Positions 8,503 to 18,696 of a DNA stretch of 64,000 nucleotides are shown here, piece by piece; position 1 is the stretch's first letter, and the number at the start of each line of letters is the position of its first letter. The DNA is from an uncultured Candidatus Rokubacteria bacterium (lineage in GTDB: Bacteria; Methylomirabilota; Methylomirabilia; Rokubacteriales; DASRDR01), in assembly GCA_963805625.1 (NCBI GenBank), contig CAWDVE010000013.1:448001-512000 (forward strand), written 5' to 3'. The notes beneath the pieces were generated by a model. That model saw only the letters and a program-made list of their open reading frames with translations. It was not told where the DNA came from and made no database searches. Made by a program: the position numbers and the translations under genes.

Positions 8503-11500
8503 CTACCTCCTTGTCCTCCACCACGCGAGCCGCGCGAGAGCTGGGCCGACCCGGCGCATCGCGATCTCCGGCACCAGCGCCACGGTCACGAGGCCCACCA
8601 GCCACGGCCACAGGTCGGTCGGGATCCGGGAGCGACGCCGGTTCAGGGTGAAGACCTCTTTGGCGTCACTCAACGGACCACCACCGGTCAGCTCGCTCAC
8701 CTCCCGCAGGAAACCCTCGTTGGCCCCCAGCTCGCGATACTCCTGCGCGTAAGGCACGACGGTGCCGACGATCTGCGAGCCGAAGCTCTGCTGCTCCCGA
8801 CGGGTCGTCAGGCCGGCCAGGTACACGCCCTCGTCCCGCGCCCCGAAGGTGCCGCGGTACCGCCCGGGTGCGACCTGCTCGAGCTCGACCACGGACTGCC
8901 GCTTGTCAGGATTGACCACCCCGAGCTGACCGTCCAGGAAGTTGATGAACTCTCCCTTCGGATCGATCCCGTCGACGGTGACGACCGCCTGGCCGTCCCG
9001 CCGGTCCACGCTGACGGTGGTGTCGCTGCGCGTGTTCGCGCGCAGCGTCCAGCGGACCACCTGCGCCCAGAACTTGTTGTACGCGCCCCACCGGAGCCAG
9101 AGAATACCCCACTTCGCCCGGGCGTCGGCAGTGAAGGCCACCGACCGTCCGAGCCCGTAGCGCCAGGCAGCCAGCAGCGGGTCCTCCTGGTGGGTCATCA
9201 GGACCTGGTCGGCGGTGCCCTTGATGCTGGTCGCGACATAGCCACCGAGGGGGGGCGCCTTCGGCCAGTCGATGTCCTGGATCGTCTCGTGGGACGGACT
9301 CGTCACGATCGCCTTGAACGGCTGCTCGATCAGCGACGCTTTCGATGCGAGCTGGGTCTCCAGCGTGAAGATTCGCGGGACCGTGCTGGTCTCCTCGGTG
9401 AAGTAGAAGCGCCCGCGCCCCCACTTGGAGACGTCGTTCATCAGCTGGACGTCGGCGTCGGAGCCGATCGCGACTCCGGACACCGTGATCTTGTCTTTGA
9501 CCATGCGACGGATCAGGGCGGCGAAGTCGCCGCGCGTCATTTGCCCGTCCGACAGGAAGATGACGTGCTTGAGCAACGCGTCGCGGTCGAAGAGGGCCTT
9601 GTACGCCTCGCGCACCGCCGGGTAGCCGTCGGTGCCGCCCCCGGCCTTGATCGCCGAGATCTCGCGGTGGATCGCCTGCTTGTTCTTCGCCGGCTGGATG
9701 GGCACGTGCCACACGAACTCGGTGTCGAACGAAAGGACGCCGACCTCGTTCCGCTCGTCGAGGAGGTCGACGACCAGATGGGCGGACTCCTTCGCGACCT
9801 CGAGCTTGTTGATCTTGTCGTTGTCCTTCATGCCCATCGCCATGGAGCCGGACCGGTCGATCACGAGCATGACCGCAAGGCTCGGGATCTCGACCTTCTG
9901 CTTCACCTCCATGGTGACCGGCAGGGCCTCCTCGATGGGCGTGCGGTAGAAGCCGCCGAGCCCAAAGCTCTCCTCACCGCCGATCATGATCAGGCCGCCA
10001 CCCTGATCCCGGACGTAGTCGCGGACGAGGGTCATCTGCTGGCGCGTCATCTTGAGCGAGGACACGTTCGACAGGATGACTCCGTCGTACTTCTCGAACG
10101 CGGCCATCGTCGAGGGCAGGCCCTCGGGGCCGACGAGCCGCACGTCGAAGTACTGGGACCGGAGAGCGTTGGCCAGATTCTGCGCCTGCGACTCCTCCTT
10201 GTCGACCAGGAGCACCTGCGGCTTGCCGCGCACCACGGTGATCCCGATGGCGCGGTTGTTCTCCTCGATGACGTCGCCCTCGACCTCGACCAGCGCCTGG
10301 TAGACGTGCACCCCGGCCTGCTCGAGCGACTGGCGGTAGGTCAGGACGTTCTTCCCCGCGTTGAGGCGCACTACCTGCGAACCGAGGAACTCACCGTTCC
10401 GGTAGAGTGACAGCCGGCCGCTCGCTTCCTTGACCGAGGTGACGACAGCCTTCGCGTAGAACGGCTCGCCGAACTTGACCTCGTTCGGCAGGAGCAGCTG
10501 CTCGACGACGATCTCCTGGGGGAACGTCAGACCGACCGGCGAGTAGTAGATCGGGATGCCGGCGTCCTTGGCTGCCTGGGCGGCCACCACCGCCTTCCCG
10601 GCGTTCTCGCGACCGTCCGACAGGAGGACGATCCGGTTGGCCTCCCCACGCGGAAGCGAGGCCTGGGCAAGCTGGATCGCTCGCGCGAGGTTCGTGATCC
10701 GCCCGCCCGCCGTCGGCTGCGGACGGGCGAAGGTCGGTGTCGGCCGGAGCGCTTCCGCCAGCTGCGGGTCTCCCGCGAAGGTGATGAGCCCGGCCCGGTC
10801 CCCGGCCTTCATGCCCTCGAGCGCCGCCGTGGCCCACCGATAGGCGGTCTCCCGCGCGGCGAGGCTGACGCTGTCGGACATGTCCAGCACGAAGAAGACG
10901 TTCTGCCGGTCCAGCCACCGGGTGAACTGGGGCTGGGTGAGGCCCCAGGCGAGCAGCAGGAGCGCGACCCCGCGGCTCGCCAGCGCCCAGCGGTCCGACG
11001 CGCGCAAGGGCCACGACAGGCGCCCCGCGGTCTGGCGCCGCCAGTAGAGGAAGCCCTCGAACGCGAGCGTCAGCATCGCCAGGCCCAGGAGGAACGGCCA
11101 CAGGTCGCGCTGGTACGTGAAGCTGTCCCCCACCCCGCCCGCCGTCGGCGGCGGCGAGACCGGAAGAGGCTGGGGGCGGATGTTCGACTCGGTGCCGTCG
11201 AGAAGGTTGACCGCGAACCGCACTTCCCGCTTCCCGCCCGTTGTCAGCGTGTACAGACCCACGCGGTCCGTCTGCGAGAACGACAGGGCGCCCCGCGTGA
11301 TCTCGGCTTGGTGCGTGGCGCCGCTCGGGTCCCGCACCGTCCCCTCCTGGACGCCGTGCTCGACGGACAGGAGGAAGGGTGTCCCGGCGGTGACCATGAG
11401 ATCCGAGCCCTCGAGACCCACGGGCTGGAGCCATCTCAGGCTGTTCGCCAGGATCAGCGGGAACGCGACCCGCAGCGGGAGATCGGTCTTGAAGAGGTCG

Positions 11501-12870
11501 AAACCGACGAACACGGCCTTCCGCTGCGGCTCCTCCAGCAGGAAGATGAGGGGACCGCCCACGGATTCGAGCAGCGTCTTCCCTGCCGCCAGCGGCCGCA
11601 CGCGGAGCGCCTCTTCGACCGCCACCTTCGACAGGTCGACGAACCGCATCACGGGGTGGTTCCGAGCCCAGTCGAGCACGACGGGCTGCTCCATCGTGCC
11701 GAGGGACTCGATCGGGACGTCGCCGGGGGTCGAGTTCACGAGGACGAAGCGGCCGGCGCCGATCTTCGCGGGCGACGTGCCGTCGAGCACGACCACGTCG
11801 AAAGTACCCATGCCTCCGGAGTACTCGCCGGGAGTCTTCGTCTCGAGGATCACCTGCGGGTCGGTGCGGAGTGCCTTCTCCAGGAACAGGTTGCCGGGGC
11901 TCACGAGGAGGACGCGGAGCTTCCGCGGCTCCGGCACCACGGCGTGGACGGTGTTGTCCGCGTCGAGATCGTCCCGGACGTCGGCAACGGCCTTGACGAC
12001 CGCCCCGGTCTGGAGGGTGAAGGGAACGATGACGTTTCGCTTCACCTGGGGATCCAGCGCGATCGTCTGCTCGCTGATCTTCTGGTCGTCGACCGTCAGC
12101 GCAAGCGGGAATGAGACGCGCTCATCGGAGAAGTTGGTGACGGACAGGAATGCCTGGTAGTCGAACGCGCCGTAGTAGGCCTTCCGGACAGCGAACTGCG
12201 TGATCCCGACGTTCCGGGCGCCGCCCCCGACCGTGACCCACCGGACCCGCGGGTCGGGGAACTCCCGGACCTGTGCCGGGTCGAACGCGCCGTCGGTCAG
12301 CACGTGCACGCGGACCCGCGGGTCAACCGGGGGCACGAGGGCCAGCGCCGTGCGAATCGCCTCGCTCAGGTGGTTCGGCTGGTCGCGCGCTTCGAGGTCG
12401 AAGACGGCCCGCCGCGCCCGGTCGCGGTCGCGGGTGAAGTGCAGCCGGATCGTCGGCTGCGAGCCCGCCTCGATGACCATCAGCTCGGCGCCCTGGCCCG
12501 CCTCGGCGATCAGGCTCGCCGCCTGCTGCTGGGCCTCGCGGAGGCGGCTCGACCCGACGTCCCGCGCCTTCATGGAGGCCGAGGTGTCCACCACGAAGAT
12601 CAGCCGCTCGGCGCCCTTCCCCTGGAGCGTCAGGGTGGGCCGGGCGAGCGCCGCGCACAGGAGCAGGAGCGCCAGAAGCTGGAGCAGCAGCAAGGGATCG
12701 AGCTGCAGCCGCTGGAAGAGGGCCGACGCCTGCTGGTCCCGGAACACGGGGGACCACAGGAGGACGGAGGAGACGCGGCGCTGCTGGCGGCGGACCTTGA
12801 GGAAGTACAGGAGGAGCAGCGGGACCGCCAACCCCAGCAGCAGGAAGGCCCAGGGCTGCAGGAAGCTCAC
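8503..12870 (-). CDS. Large membrane-anchored BatA/VWA protein with three VWA domains and a GATase1-like region
   Basis: BatA-type N-terminus; MIDAS motifs DTSAS, DMSDS and DRSGS; GGGLIMIGGEESFGLGG...LPV; WRYGLGRS. Confidence 0.88.
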   Translation of the reverse strand: MSFLQPWAFLLLGLAVPLLLLYFLKVRRQQRRVSSVLLWSPVFRDQQASALFQRLQLDPLLLLQLLALLLLCAALARPTLTLQGKGAERLIFVVDTSASMKARDVGSSRLREAQQQAASLIAEAGQGAELMVIEAGSQPTIRLHFTRDRDRARRAVFDLEARDQPNHLSEAIRTALALVPPVDPRVRVHVLTDGAFDPAQVREFPDPRVRWVTVGGGARNVGITQFAVRKAYYGAFDYQAFLSVTNFSDERVSFPLALTVDDQKISEQTIALDPQVKRNVIVPFTLQTGAVVKAVADVRDDLDADNTVHAVVPEPRKLRVLLVSPGNLFLEKALRTDPQVILETKTPGEYSGGMGTFDVVVLDGTSPAKIGAGRFVLVNSTPGDVPIESLGTMEQPVVLDWARNHPVMRFVDLSKVAVEEALRVRPLAAGKTLLESVGGPLIFLLEEPQRKAVFVGFDLFKTDLPLRVAFPLILANSLRWLQPVGLEGSDLMVTAGTPFLLSVEHGVQEGTVRDPSGATHQAEITRGALSFSQTDRVGLYTLTTGGKREVRFAVNLLDGTESNIRPQPLPVSPPPTAGGVGDSFTYQRDLWPFLLGLAMLTLAFEGFLYWRRQTAGRLSWPLRASDRWALASRGVALLLLAWGLTQPQFTRWLDRQNVFFVLDMSDSVSLAARETAYRWATAALEGMKAGDRAGLITFAGDPQLAEALRPTPTFARPQPTAGGRITNLARAIQLAQASLPRGEANRIVLLSDGRENAGKAVVAAQAAKDAGIPIYYSPVGLTFPQEIVVEQLLLPNEVKFGEPFYAKAVVTSVKEASGRLSLYRNGEFLGSQVVRLNAGKNVLTYRQSLEQAGVHVYQALVEVEGDVIEENNRAIGITVVRGKPQVLLVDKEESQAQNLANALRSQYFDVRLVGPEGLPSTMAAFEKYDGVILSNVSSLKMTRQQMTLVRDYVRDQGGGLIMIGGEESFGLGGFYRTPIEEALPVTMEVKQKVEIPSLAVMLVIDRSGSMAMGMKDNDKINKLEVAKESAHLVVDLLDERNEVGVLSFDTEFVWHVPIQPAKNKQAIHREISAIKAGGGTDGYPAVREAYKALFDRDALLKHVIFLSDGQMTRGDFAALIRRMVKDKITVSGVAIGSDADVQLMNDVSKWGRGRFYFTEETSTVPRIFTLETQLASKASLIEQPFKAIVTSPSHETIQDIDWPKAPPLGGYVATSIKGTADQVLMTHQEDPLLAAWRYGLGRSVAFTADARAKWGILWLRWGAYNKFWAQVVRWTLRANTRSDTTVSVDRRDGQAVVTVDGIDPKGEFINFLDGQLGVVNPDKRQSVVELEQVAPGRYRGTFGARDEGVYLAGLTTRREQQSFGSQIVGTVVPYAQEYRELGANEGFLREVSELTGGGPLSDAKEVFTLNRRRSRIPTDLWPWLVGLVTVALVPEIAMRRVGPALARLAWWRTRR

Positions 12871-13790
12871 TGGAGCAGGCCCCCCTTCAGCCGCCGAAGC
12901 AGGAGGTCCTCGACGGGCATGTCACTGGCGACGCGGACGTAGTTCAGCTCGTTCGCCCGGCAAAATCCCTCGATGCCCGAGATGAACGTCCCCAGCTGGC
13001 GCTCGTACCCTCGCAGCACCTCGGCGTCGACCGACACCTCGCGCATCTCGCCGGTCTCGGCATCCACCAGTTCCAGGTCCCCCCCGAGCATCGGGCGCAG
13101 CTCGTCCGGGGACAGGAGGTGGAGTACGTGGATGTCGAAGCGCCGCTCCATCAGCGCCCGCAACCCCGACGCGTAGCCCGCCGGATCCAGGAAGTCGGAG
13201 ATCACCACCGCCACTCCGGCATCCTTCGCGCGCTGCGCGTACTGCCGGACGGCGTCGTTGAACGCCGTGCCTCCGCCGGGCGTGAGATTGGCCAGGAAGT
13301 CCTGGATCGGGAGAAACTGGTTCCGCCCTCGAGTCGGGAGCCATCCCTCGGCAACACGGTCCCGGAACACCGCCACGCCCACGCGCTCGAGGTTCACGAA
13401 CCCGATGAACGCCAGCGCGGCGGCCAGGCGAACGGCGTACCGGAACTTGTTCGGCGTGCCGTAGTCCATGGAGCCGCTCGCGTCGAGGATGAGGTGGATG
13501 CAGAGATCCTCTTCGTCGATGAACACCTTGAGATAGAGCCGGTTGAGACGGGCGAACGCGTTCCAGTCGACGTAGCGCAGGTCGTCACCGACCTCGTACG
13601 GCCGGTAGTCGGCGAATTCGACGCTCGAGCCCCGGCGCGGGCTCTTGCGCTCACCCTTCACCGCTCCCACGTGCGAGCGCTTGGAGACGAAGCCAAGACG
13701 CTCGAGCTGCATCAGGAAAGAGTTCGAGAAGAAGCGCTCGGCAGCCGCGGCCGGTGCGGCGGCGGAAGCCGGGCGGGCGGCGCGCGCCAT
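12867..13790 (-). CDS. DUF58 domain protein
   Basis: GSSVEFADYRPYEVGDDLRYVDWNAFAR, LILDASGSM and VISDF. Confidence 0.92.
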   Translation of the reverse strand: MARAARPASAAAPAAAAERFFSNSFLMQLERLGFVSKRSHVGAVKGERKSPRRGSSVEFADYRPYEVGDDLRYVDWNAFARLNRLYLKVFIDEEDLCIHLILDASGSMDYGTPNKFRYAVRLAAALAFIGFVNLERVGVAVFRDRVAEGWLPTRGRNQFLPIQDFLANLTPGGGTAFNDAVRQYAQRAKDAGVAVVISDFLDPAGYASGLRALMERRFDIHVLHLLSPDELRPMLGGDLELVDAETGEMREVSVDAEVLRGYERQLGTFISGIEGFCRANELNYVRVASDMPVEDLLLRRLKGGLLQ

Positions 13791-13794
13791 GTGG

Positions 13795-15264
13795 TCAGCG
13801 TTCCTCGAGCGCCTGGAAGTAGTCCCGCACCTGACTGCGGTAGTCGAGCGGGATCGCCTCCTTCGCCAGGGCCTCCTCCATCATCTTCCGGTACTGCGTC
13901 ACGACGCTCATCGATGGCAGGCGGGAGGGATTCTGGGCACCCTTGCCCAGCATGTTCGTATCGTAGGACTCGCGCCGGCCCTTGCGCATGGCGCCCTCGA
14001 CACCGATGTCGAAGGGGTTCTGGCCCAGCCGGTTCGTGGGATCGCCCTTCCAGCCGGGATTCGTCCCCTTCCCGGGAAGCGATCCCTGGCCTTCGCCGAA
14101 GTCGGGTTCGTCCTCGCCCGGACGGCCCGCTCCGCCACGCTCGTCGCGACCGCGCCCGCGGTCCTTCCCACCCTGGAGGCCCTTGCCCCCGCGGTCCCGC
14201 TCGTCCTGGGCCCGCATCTTCTGGAGCGCGCGCTCCATCGCGTCCATGGCCTTGTCCATCTGGCCCCGGTCGAGCGCCTCGGCGCCCTCCATCATCTCTT
14301 GGCCCCAGTCGCCTTCCCCGCCCGATCCGCTGCCGGGGCGCCGGCCCATCCGGTTCATCTCCTCGAGCAGCTGACGCAGCTTCTCCGGCGTCATCTGTCG
14401 GGGATCCATGCCCGAAAGGAGGCTGCGCGACTTGCGGAACATGACCTTGTACTGGCTCTGCGTGAAGTCCCGCTGGAGGTCGGGGAGGCTGTCGACCCGC
14501 TCGAGGAGCCGGATGCGGTCGTCGCCCTGCTTCAGGAAGCTCGAGAAGTCCGGGCGCTTCGTCGCGACGTTCGTGTCCTTGAAGGCCGCGGCCAGATCGC
14601 CCTTGGTGTGCTCCCGGCTCTCCGGGTTGGGGCGCGTCTGGTAGTCGCGGTCCTGCATCTCCACGCGCTCGACCTTCTCGCTCTTCTTCTGCGTGGGGCG
14701 CTCGATGGCCTGCTGCGGACCGGCGGCCTCGGGCTTCTTCTCTTCCTCCGTCGCCGGCGTGAACGACGGCATGGAGACGTCGGGGATCGGGATCGGCGGC
14801 AGATAGGGCAGGACGGCCAGCGCCAGCACCGGAGCGGGAAGGAGCTTCAGCTCCCGAGGCCAGCGCCACGCAACCGCCCGCCCGAGTGTGATCTGGGCAG
14901 CGTGCGTCTCGGCGTCCGCGATCGCCGCGTCGGCCAGCGCGCCGCGGTCCGGGCGCGCGAGGAGATCGTGAGCGGTCGCGAGCCGATCCTTCAGGCCGAA
15001 CGCGCGGTCCGCCAGACCCAGCGCGTCCACCGGAGGCACTCTGAGGAGCATCCCGTACAGGACGCCCACCAGCGCCCCGCCGGCAGCCAGGCCGCCCGCC
15101 AGCGGCAGGGCCCACGGCCCCACCATGGCCCGGAGCGCCACCGGCACGACCGCCAGGCAGAGCCCCCACGCCAGGCCGCGCACGCCGTAGAACAGCGCAC
15201 GGCGCTGTCGTATCAGCCGGGTCAGGCGGGTGATCGTGAGGCCGAGCGCTGCGCCATGTGCCAT
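13795..15264 (-). CDS. Membrane-anchored coiled-coil/Gly-rich hypothetical protein of the MoxR operon
   Basis: N-terminal TM helices, DRAFGLKDRLATA and C-terminal IPLDYRSQVRDYF; tightly spaced within the operon. Confidence 0.8.
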   Translation of the reverse strand: MAHGAALGLTITRLTRLIRQRRALFYGVRGLAWGLCLAVVPVALRAMVGPWALPLAGGLAAGGALVGVLYGMLLRVPPVDALGLADRAFGLKDRLATAHDLLARPDRGALADAAIADAETHAAQITLGRAVAWRWPRELKLLPAPVLALAVLPYLPPIPIPDVSMPSFTPATEEEKKPEAAGPQQAIERPTQKKSEKVERVEMQDRDYQTRPNPESREHTKGDLAAAFKDTNVATKRPDFSSFLKQGDDRIRLLERVDSLPDLQRDFTQSQYKVMFRKSRSLLSGMDPRQMTPEKLRQLLEEMNRMGRRPGSGSGGEGDWGQEMMEGAEALDRGQMDKAMDAMERALQKMRAQDERDRGGKGLQGGKDRGRGRDERGGAGRPGEDEPDFGEGQGSLPGKGTNPGWKGDPTNRLGQNPFDIGVEGAMRKGRRESYDTNMLGKGAQNPSRLPSMSVVTQYRKMMEEALAKEAIPLDYRSQVRDYFQALEER

Positions 15265-15286
15265 GAGCGTCTCCTCGGGGAGCGGG

Positions 15287-16297
15287 CTAACGGAGGAACA
15301 CCTCCTTGCCCTCGCGAGACGATGCCTCGACGGCCTCGAGCACCTCCGACAGTAGGCGATCGGCCTCGATCCCCTCGGCCTCGCCCTCGAAGTTCAGGAT
15401 GACCCGGTGGCGGAGCACGGGAAGCGCGATCGTCTTGATGTCGTCGACGCTCACGGCGAAGCGACCGGCCCGGAGCGCGAGCACCTTGGCCCCGAGGACC
15501 AGCGCCTGGGCTGCCCGGGGGCTCGCCCCGTAGCGGATGTAGCGCCGCGTGATGTCCGGAGCCTCCTCCCACTGGGGATGGGTGGCCATCACGAGCGTGG
15601 CGGCGAAATGCCGAACGTGAGCCGCGATCGGCACTTCCCGCACGAGCTCCCGGGCGGCGAGCGTCTCGCTGCCGGTCATCACCCGTTCCACGGACGGATC
15701 GTTCGAGGTCGTCGTGCGATCGATGATCTCGTTCAGCTGCTCGAGCGCGGGATAGCGCACGCGGAGCTTGAACAGGAACCGGTCGAGCTGCGCTTCCGGA
15801 AGGGGGTACGTCCCCTCCATCTCGATCGGGTTCTGGGTCGCCAGCACGAAGAAGGGGGGCGGAAGCCGGTGGGTGACGCCCGCCACCGTCGCGCTGCTCT
15901 CCTGCATCGCCTCGAGGAGCGCGGACTGCGTCTTGGGCGTGGCCCGGTTGACCTCGTCGGCCAAGAGGATGTGCGCGAAGACGGGACCCCGCTCGAACTG
16001 GAAGTGCCGCCGCCCGTCCGCGTCCTCGACGATGATGTTCGTGCCGATGATGTCGGCCGGCATCAGATCCGGCGTGAACTGGATGCGCGAGAAGGAGAGG
16101 TCGAGGCACCCGGCCAGGGTCCGGACGAGGAGAGTCTTCCCCAGCCCCGGAACTCCTTCGAGCAGGACGTGCCCGCCCGCGAAGAGCGCGACGAGAACCT
16201 GGTCCACGATCTCGTCGTGGCCGACGATGACCTTGTGGACCTCACGCTCGAGTTGCCCGTAGCTCTTGACGAACGACTCTACCCGTTCCCCGGCCAT
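15287..16297 (-). CDS. moxR: MoxR family AAA+ ATPase
   Basis: GHVLLEGVPGLGKT, RIQFTPDLMPAD, LADEVNRATPKTQSALLEAMQE and ATQNPIEMEGTYPLPEAQLDRF. Confidence 0.96.
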   Translation of the reverse strand: MAGERVESFVKSYGQLEREVHKVIVGHDEIVDQVLVALFAGGHVLLEGVPGLGKTLLVRTLAGCLDLSFSRIQFTPDLMPADIIGTNIIVEDADGRRHFQFERGPVFAHILLADEVNRATPKTQSALLEAMQESSATVAGVTHRLPPPFFVLATQNPIEMEGTYPLPEAQLDRFLFKLRVRYPALEQLNEIIDRTTTSNDPSVERVMTGSETLAARELVREVPIAAHVRHFAATLVMATHPQWEEAPDITRRYIRYGASPRAAQALVLGAKVLALRAGRFAVSVDDIKTIALPVLRHRVILNFEGEAEGIEADRLLSEVLEAVEASSREGKEVFLR

Positions 16298-16348
16298 CCC
16301 CTGTCCTCCGGTCGATGGAATCGGTTCCGAGCGCCTGCTACGGGACCC

Positions 16349-16376
16349 ATTATAGGCCGGGCGGTCAAGCGGGCAA
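16349..16376 (-). promoter_or_regulatory. Sigma70-type promoter of the moxR operon
   Basis: TTGCCC-N16-TATAAT on the minus strand. Confidence 0.6.
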
Positions 16377-16472
16377 CCGCTTTGTGCGGCGCGAGGGCAC
16401 CATGGACTCCCCGCGCGTCGAATCGCTCGCCGCGACGCCGTCGAACGTGCGGTCGCGAGCCCGGGCGCGATC

Positions 16473-18560
16473 TCACGGATCGAGCACGATCCGCGCGTCC
16501 ACGATCGTCGCGCCAGCTCCGAGGGATCCGACGATCACGGGGTTGAGGTCGAGGGCGGCGAGGCGCGCGCCGAGACCCGCCGCCAGCGCGGCGGCTCGCA
16601 TGACCGTGTCCACCAGGCCCGCACGATCCCCGGGTGGGCCGCCCCGGTACCCCCCCAGGAGCGCGTCGAGCGCGCGGCACTCGACAATCAGCCGCTCGGC
16701 GGCAGCCTCGTCGCAGGGGGCCGGCGCCATCGCACGCTCCCCGTAGAGCTCGGCCCGCACGCCCCCCGGCGCCACCATCACGAACGTGCCCAGCTCCGGG
16801 TCCCGCACCGCGCCGACCAGCACCTCCAGCCCCTCGACCATCGGCTGCACCAGGCAGGCCTCGCCGAGCGGCCCGAGCGCCCGGACCGCCGCGACCAGCT
16901 CCTCGAGGGTCGCGACGCCGAGCCGCACGCCGCCAACCTCCGTCCGGTGAAGCGGGCCGAGCACCTTGACCGCCACGGGATAGCGAAGACGCGGCGCCGC
17001 CGCCCGGGCCTCGTCGGCGTCCCGAACGATCACCTCGGACGCCATTCGGAGCCCGGCGCCGTCCAGCAGCGCGCGGACCGACGCCCAGGGCAGCGCGCCC
17101 GCGCCCTCCGGCGCCACGACGGTCGCCACCTCAGGCACGCGACGGGGCACCCGGGTCCGGACCGAGCGAAAGGCGAGCGCGGCGCCGAGCGCGGCGGCGC
17201 AGCTCGACACCGTGGCGAAGAGCGGCACGCGCGCCTCGTCGAGCGCCCGGAACCCCTTGCGGACGAGCCGTCCCCCGGGCCAGCAGACCACGAGGGGTTT
17301 CGTCGCCCCGCGCGCCGCCTTGATCACGTGCTCCGCCCGGGCCGCGCCCCCGCCCGCGGTCGCCATCGTCAGCGGCACGACGACGACGTCGATCCCCGGG
17401 TCCCGCGCGACCGCGGTGAGCACCTCGCCGAACGTCTCGTCCGGAAGCCCGGCCGTGATGTCGAGCGGGTTGGCGACGGTGACGTAGGGCGGGAGCAGCG
17501 CCTCAATGCGCCGCACCGTCTCCCCCGCCAGCGGGGCGAACGCGAAGCCCCGCGGCTCGAGCGCGTCCGCGAGCAGCACCGCGACGCCGCCCGACGACGT
17601 CGCCATCGCCATGCGCGGCCCGTCGAGAGTCGGCACCCGCGCGAGGTGCGCCGCCGTCTCGACGAGATGGTCGAGCTCGGTCACCTCGAGGAGGCCCGCC
17701 GACCGCGTCCAGGCCCGCCATGGCTCGCGCCCGCCCGCGAGGGAGCCGGTGTGCGAGCGCGCGGCGCGGGAGCCGGTCGAGGAGGCTCCGAGCTTCAGCG
17801 CGACCACCGCGATGCCGCGGGCCGCGGCCCGCTCGACGGCGGCCGCGACGCGGGCGGGCTGCCGCACCTGTTCGACCAGGCACGCGATGGCGCGGGCCCG
17901 GCCGTCGTCGACGAGCCAGTCGAGGTAGTCCGCGAGCGAGAGGTCCGCCTCGTTGCCCGTCGAGACGAACAGACCCACGCCGAGGCCCCGGTCGGCCGCG
18001 CGGTCGAGGAGGCAGCCGCCGAGCCCGCCCGACTGCGAGAGCACCGCCACCGGACCCGGCACGAGGGCGTCGAGCTTGCCGACCGTCGAGAAGGTGAGCG
18101 CCACTCGGTCCCAGGCGTTGACGAATCCCACCGTGTTCGGCCCGAGGAGCCGCACGCCCACCCCCCGGGCGCTCTCCACCAGGCGCGCCTGCTCCACCGC
18201 TCCGGATTCCCCCGTCTCGGCGAAGCCGGCGCCGAGGACCACCGCGAAGGGAACGCGGGCGCGGCCGCACGCGAGGATCGCGTCGGCGGCCTGGGCGGCG
18301 GGCAGGCCGATCCAGGCGACGTCCGGTGCTTCCGGCAAGGCGTCGACGCTCGGATAGGCGGGAAGGTCCCCGATCACGCGATGGCCGGGGTTCACCGGAT
18401 ACATCCGGCCCGGATAGCCGTGACGCCGCAGGAAGTGGAGCGGGCGCGCGCCCGGGCGCGAGAGGTCGCTGGGCACTCCGATCAGCGCGATCGCCCGCGG
18501 CGCGAACAGGCGCCCGAGGTCCGCCGCGCGCCCCGTCACGCTCGGGCCTGCCTCCGTCAT
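16473..18560 (-). CDS. Acetate/acyl-CoA ligase (ADP-forming) family, fused alpha-beta
   Basis: LFAPRAIALIG, LLGPNTVG, SQSGG, STGNEAD, ARSHTGSLAG (phospho-His), NPLD and LDLNPVIV. Confidence 0.9.
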   Translation of the reverse strand: MTEAGPSVTGRAADLGRLFAPRAIALIGVPSDLSRPGARPLHFLRRHGYPGRMYPVNPGHRVIGDLPAYPSVDALPEAPDVAWIGLPAAQAADAILACGRARVPFAVVLGAGFAETGESGAVEQARLVESARGVGVRLLGPNTVGFVNAWDRVALTFSTVGKLDALVPGPVAVLSQSGGLGGCLLDRAADRGLGVGLFVSTGNEADLSLADYLDWLVDDGRARAIACLVEQVRQPARVAAAVERAAARGIAVVALKLGASSTGSRAARSHTGSLAGGREPWRAWTRSAGLLEVTELDHLVETAAHLARVPTLDGPRMAMATSSGGVAVLLADALEPRGFAFAPLAGETVRRIEALLPPYVTVANPLDITAGLPDETFGEVLTAVARDPGIDVVVVPLTMATAGGGAARAEHVIKAARGATKPLVVCWPGGRLVRKGFRALDEARVPLFATVSSCAAALGAALAFRSVRTRVPRRVPEVATVVAPEGAGALPWASVRALLDGAGLRMASEVIVRDADEARAAAPRLRYPVAVKVLGPLHRTEVGGVRLGVATLEELVAAVRALGPLGEACLVQPMVEGLEVLVGAVRDPELGTFVMVAPGGVRAELYGERAMAPAPCDEAAAERLIVECRALDALLGGYRGGPPGDRAGLVDTVMRAAALAAGLGARLAALDLNPVIVGSLGAGATIVDARIVLDP

Positions 18561-18659
18561 GGCGCACACCTTAGCCCGAAGCCGCGGCCTTCCCAAGACC
18601 CGGCGGCGGCAAAGCGTCGCTCACGCTTCACGGGGTACTCGCACACGCCGCCTCCTGCA

Positions 18660-18688
18660 TTGCGCGAGGCGCAGCGCCACCGCATAAT
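18660..18688 (+). promoter_or_regulatory. Sigma70-type promoter, probably giving a near-leaderless epimerase mRNA
   Basis: TTGCGC-N17-CATAAT, 8 nt before GTG 18697; no Shine-Dalgarno. Confidence 0.5.
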
Positions 18689-18696
18689 GCGTCGGC

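Noticed and set aside
7136-16297. MoxR/VWA/TPR operon as an anti-phage system or as the Pup-linked ATPase
   Set aside because: No nuclease or effector domain is visible, and the ATPase is MoxR-type, not ARC/Mpa.
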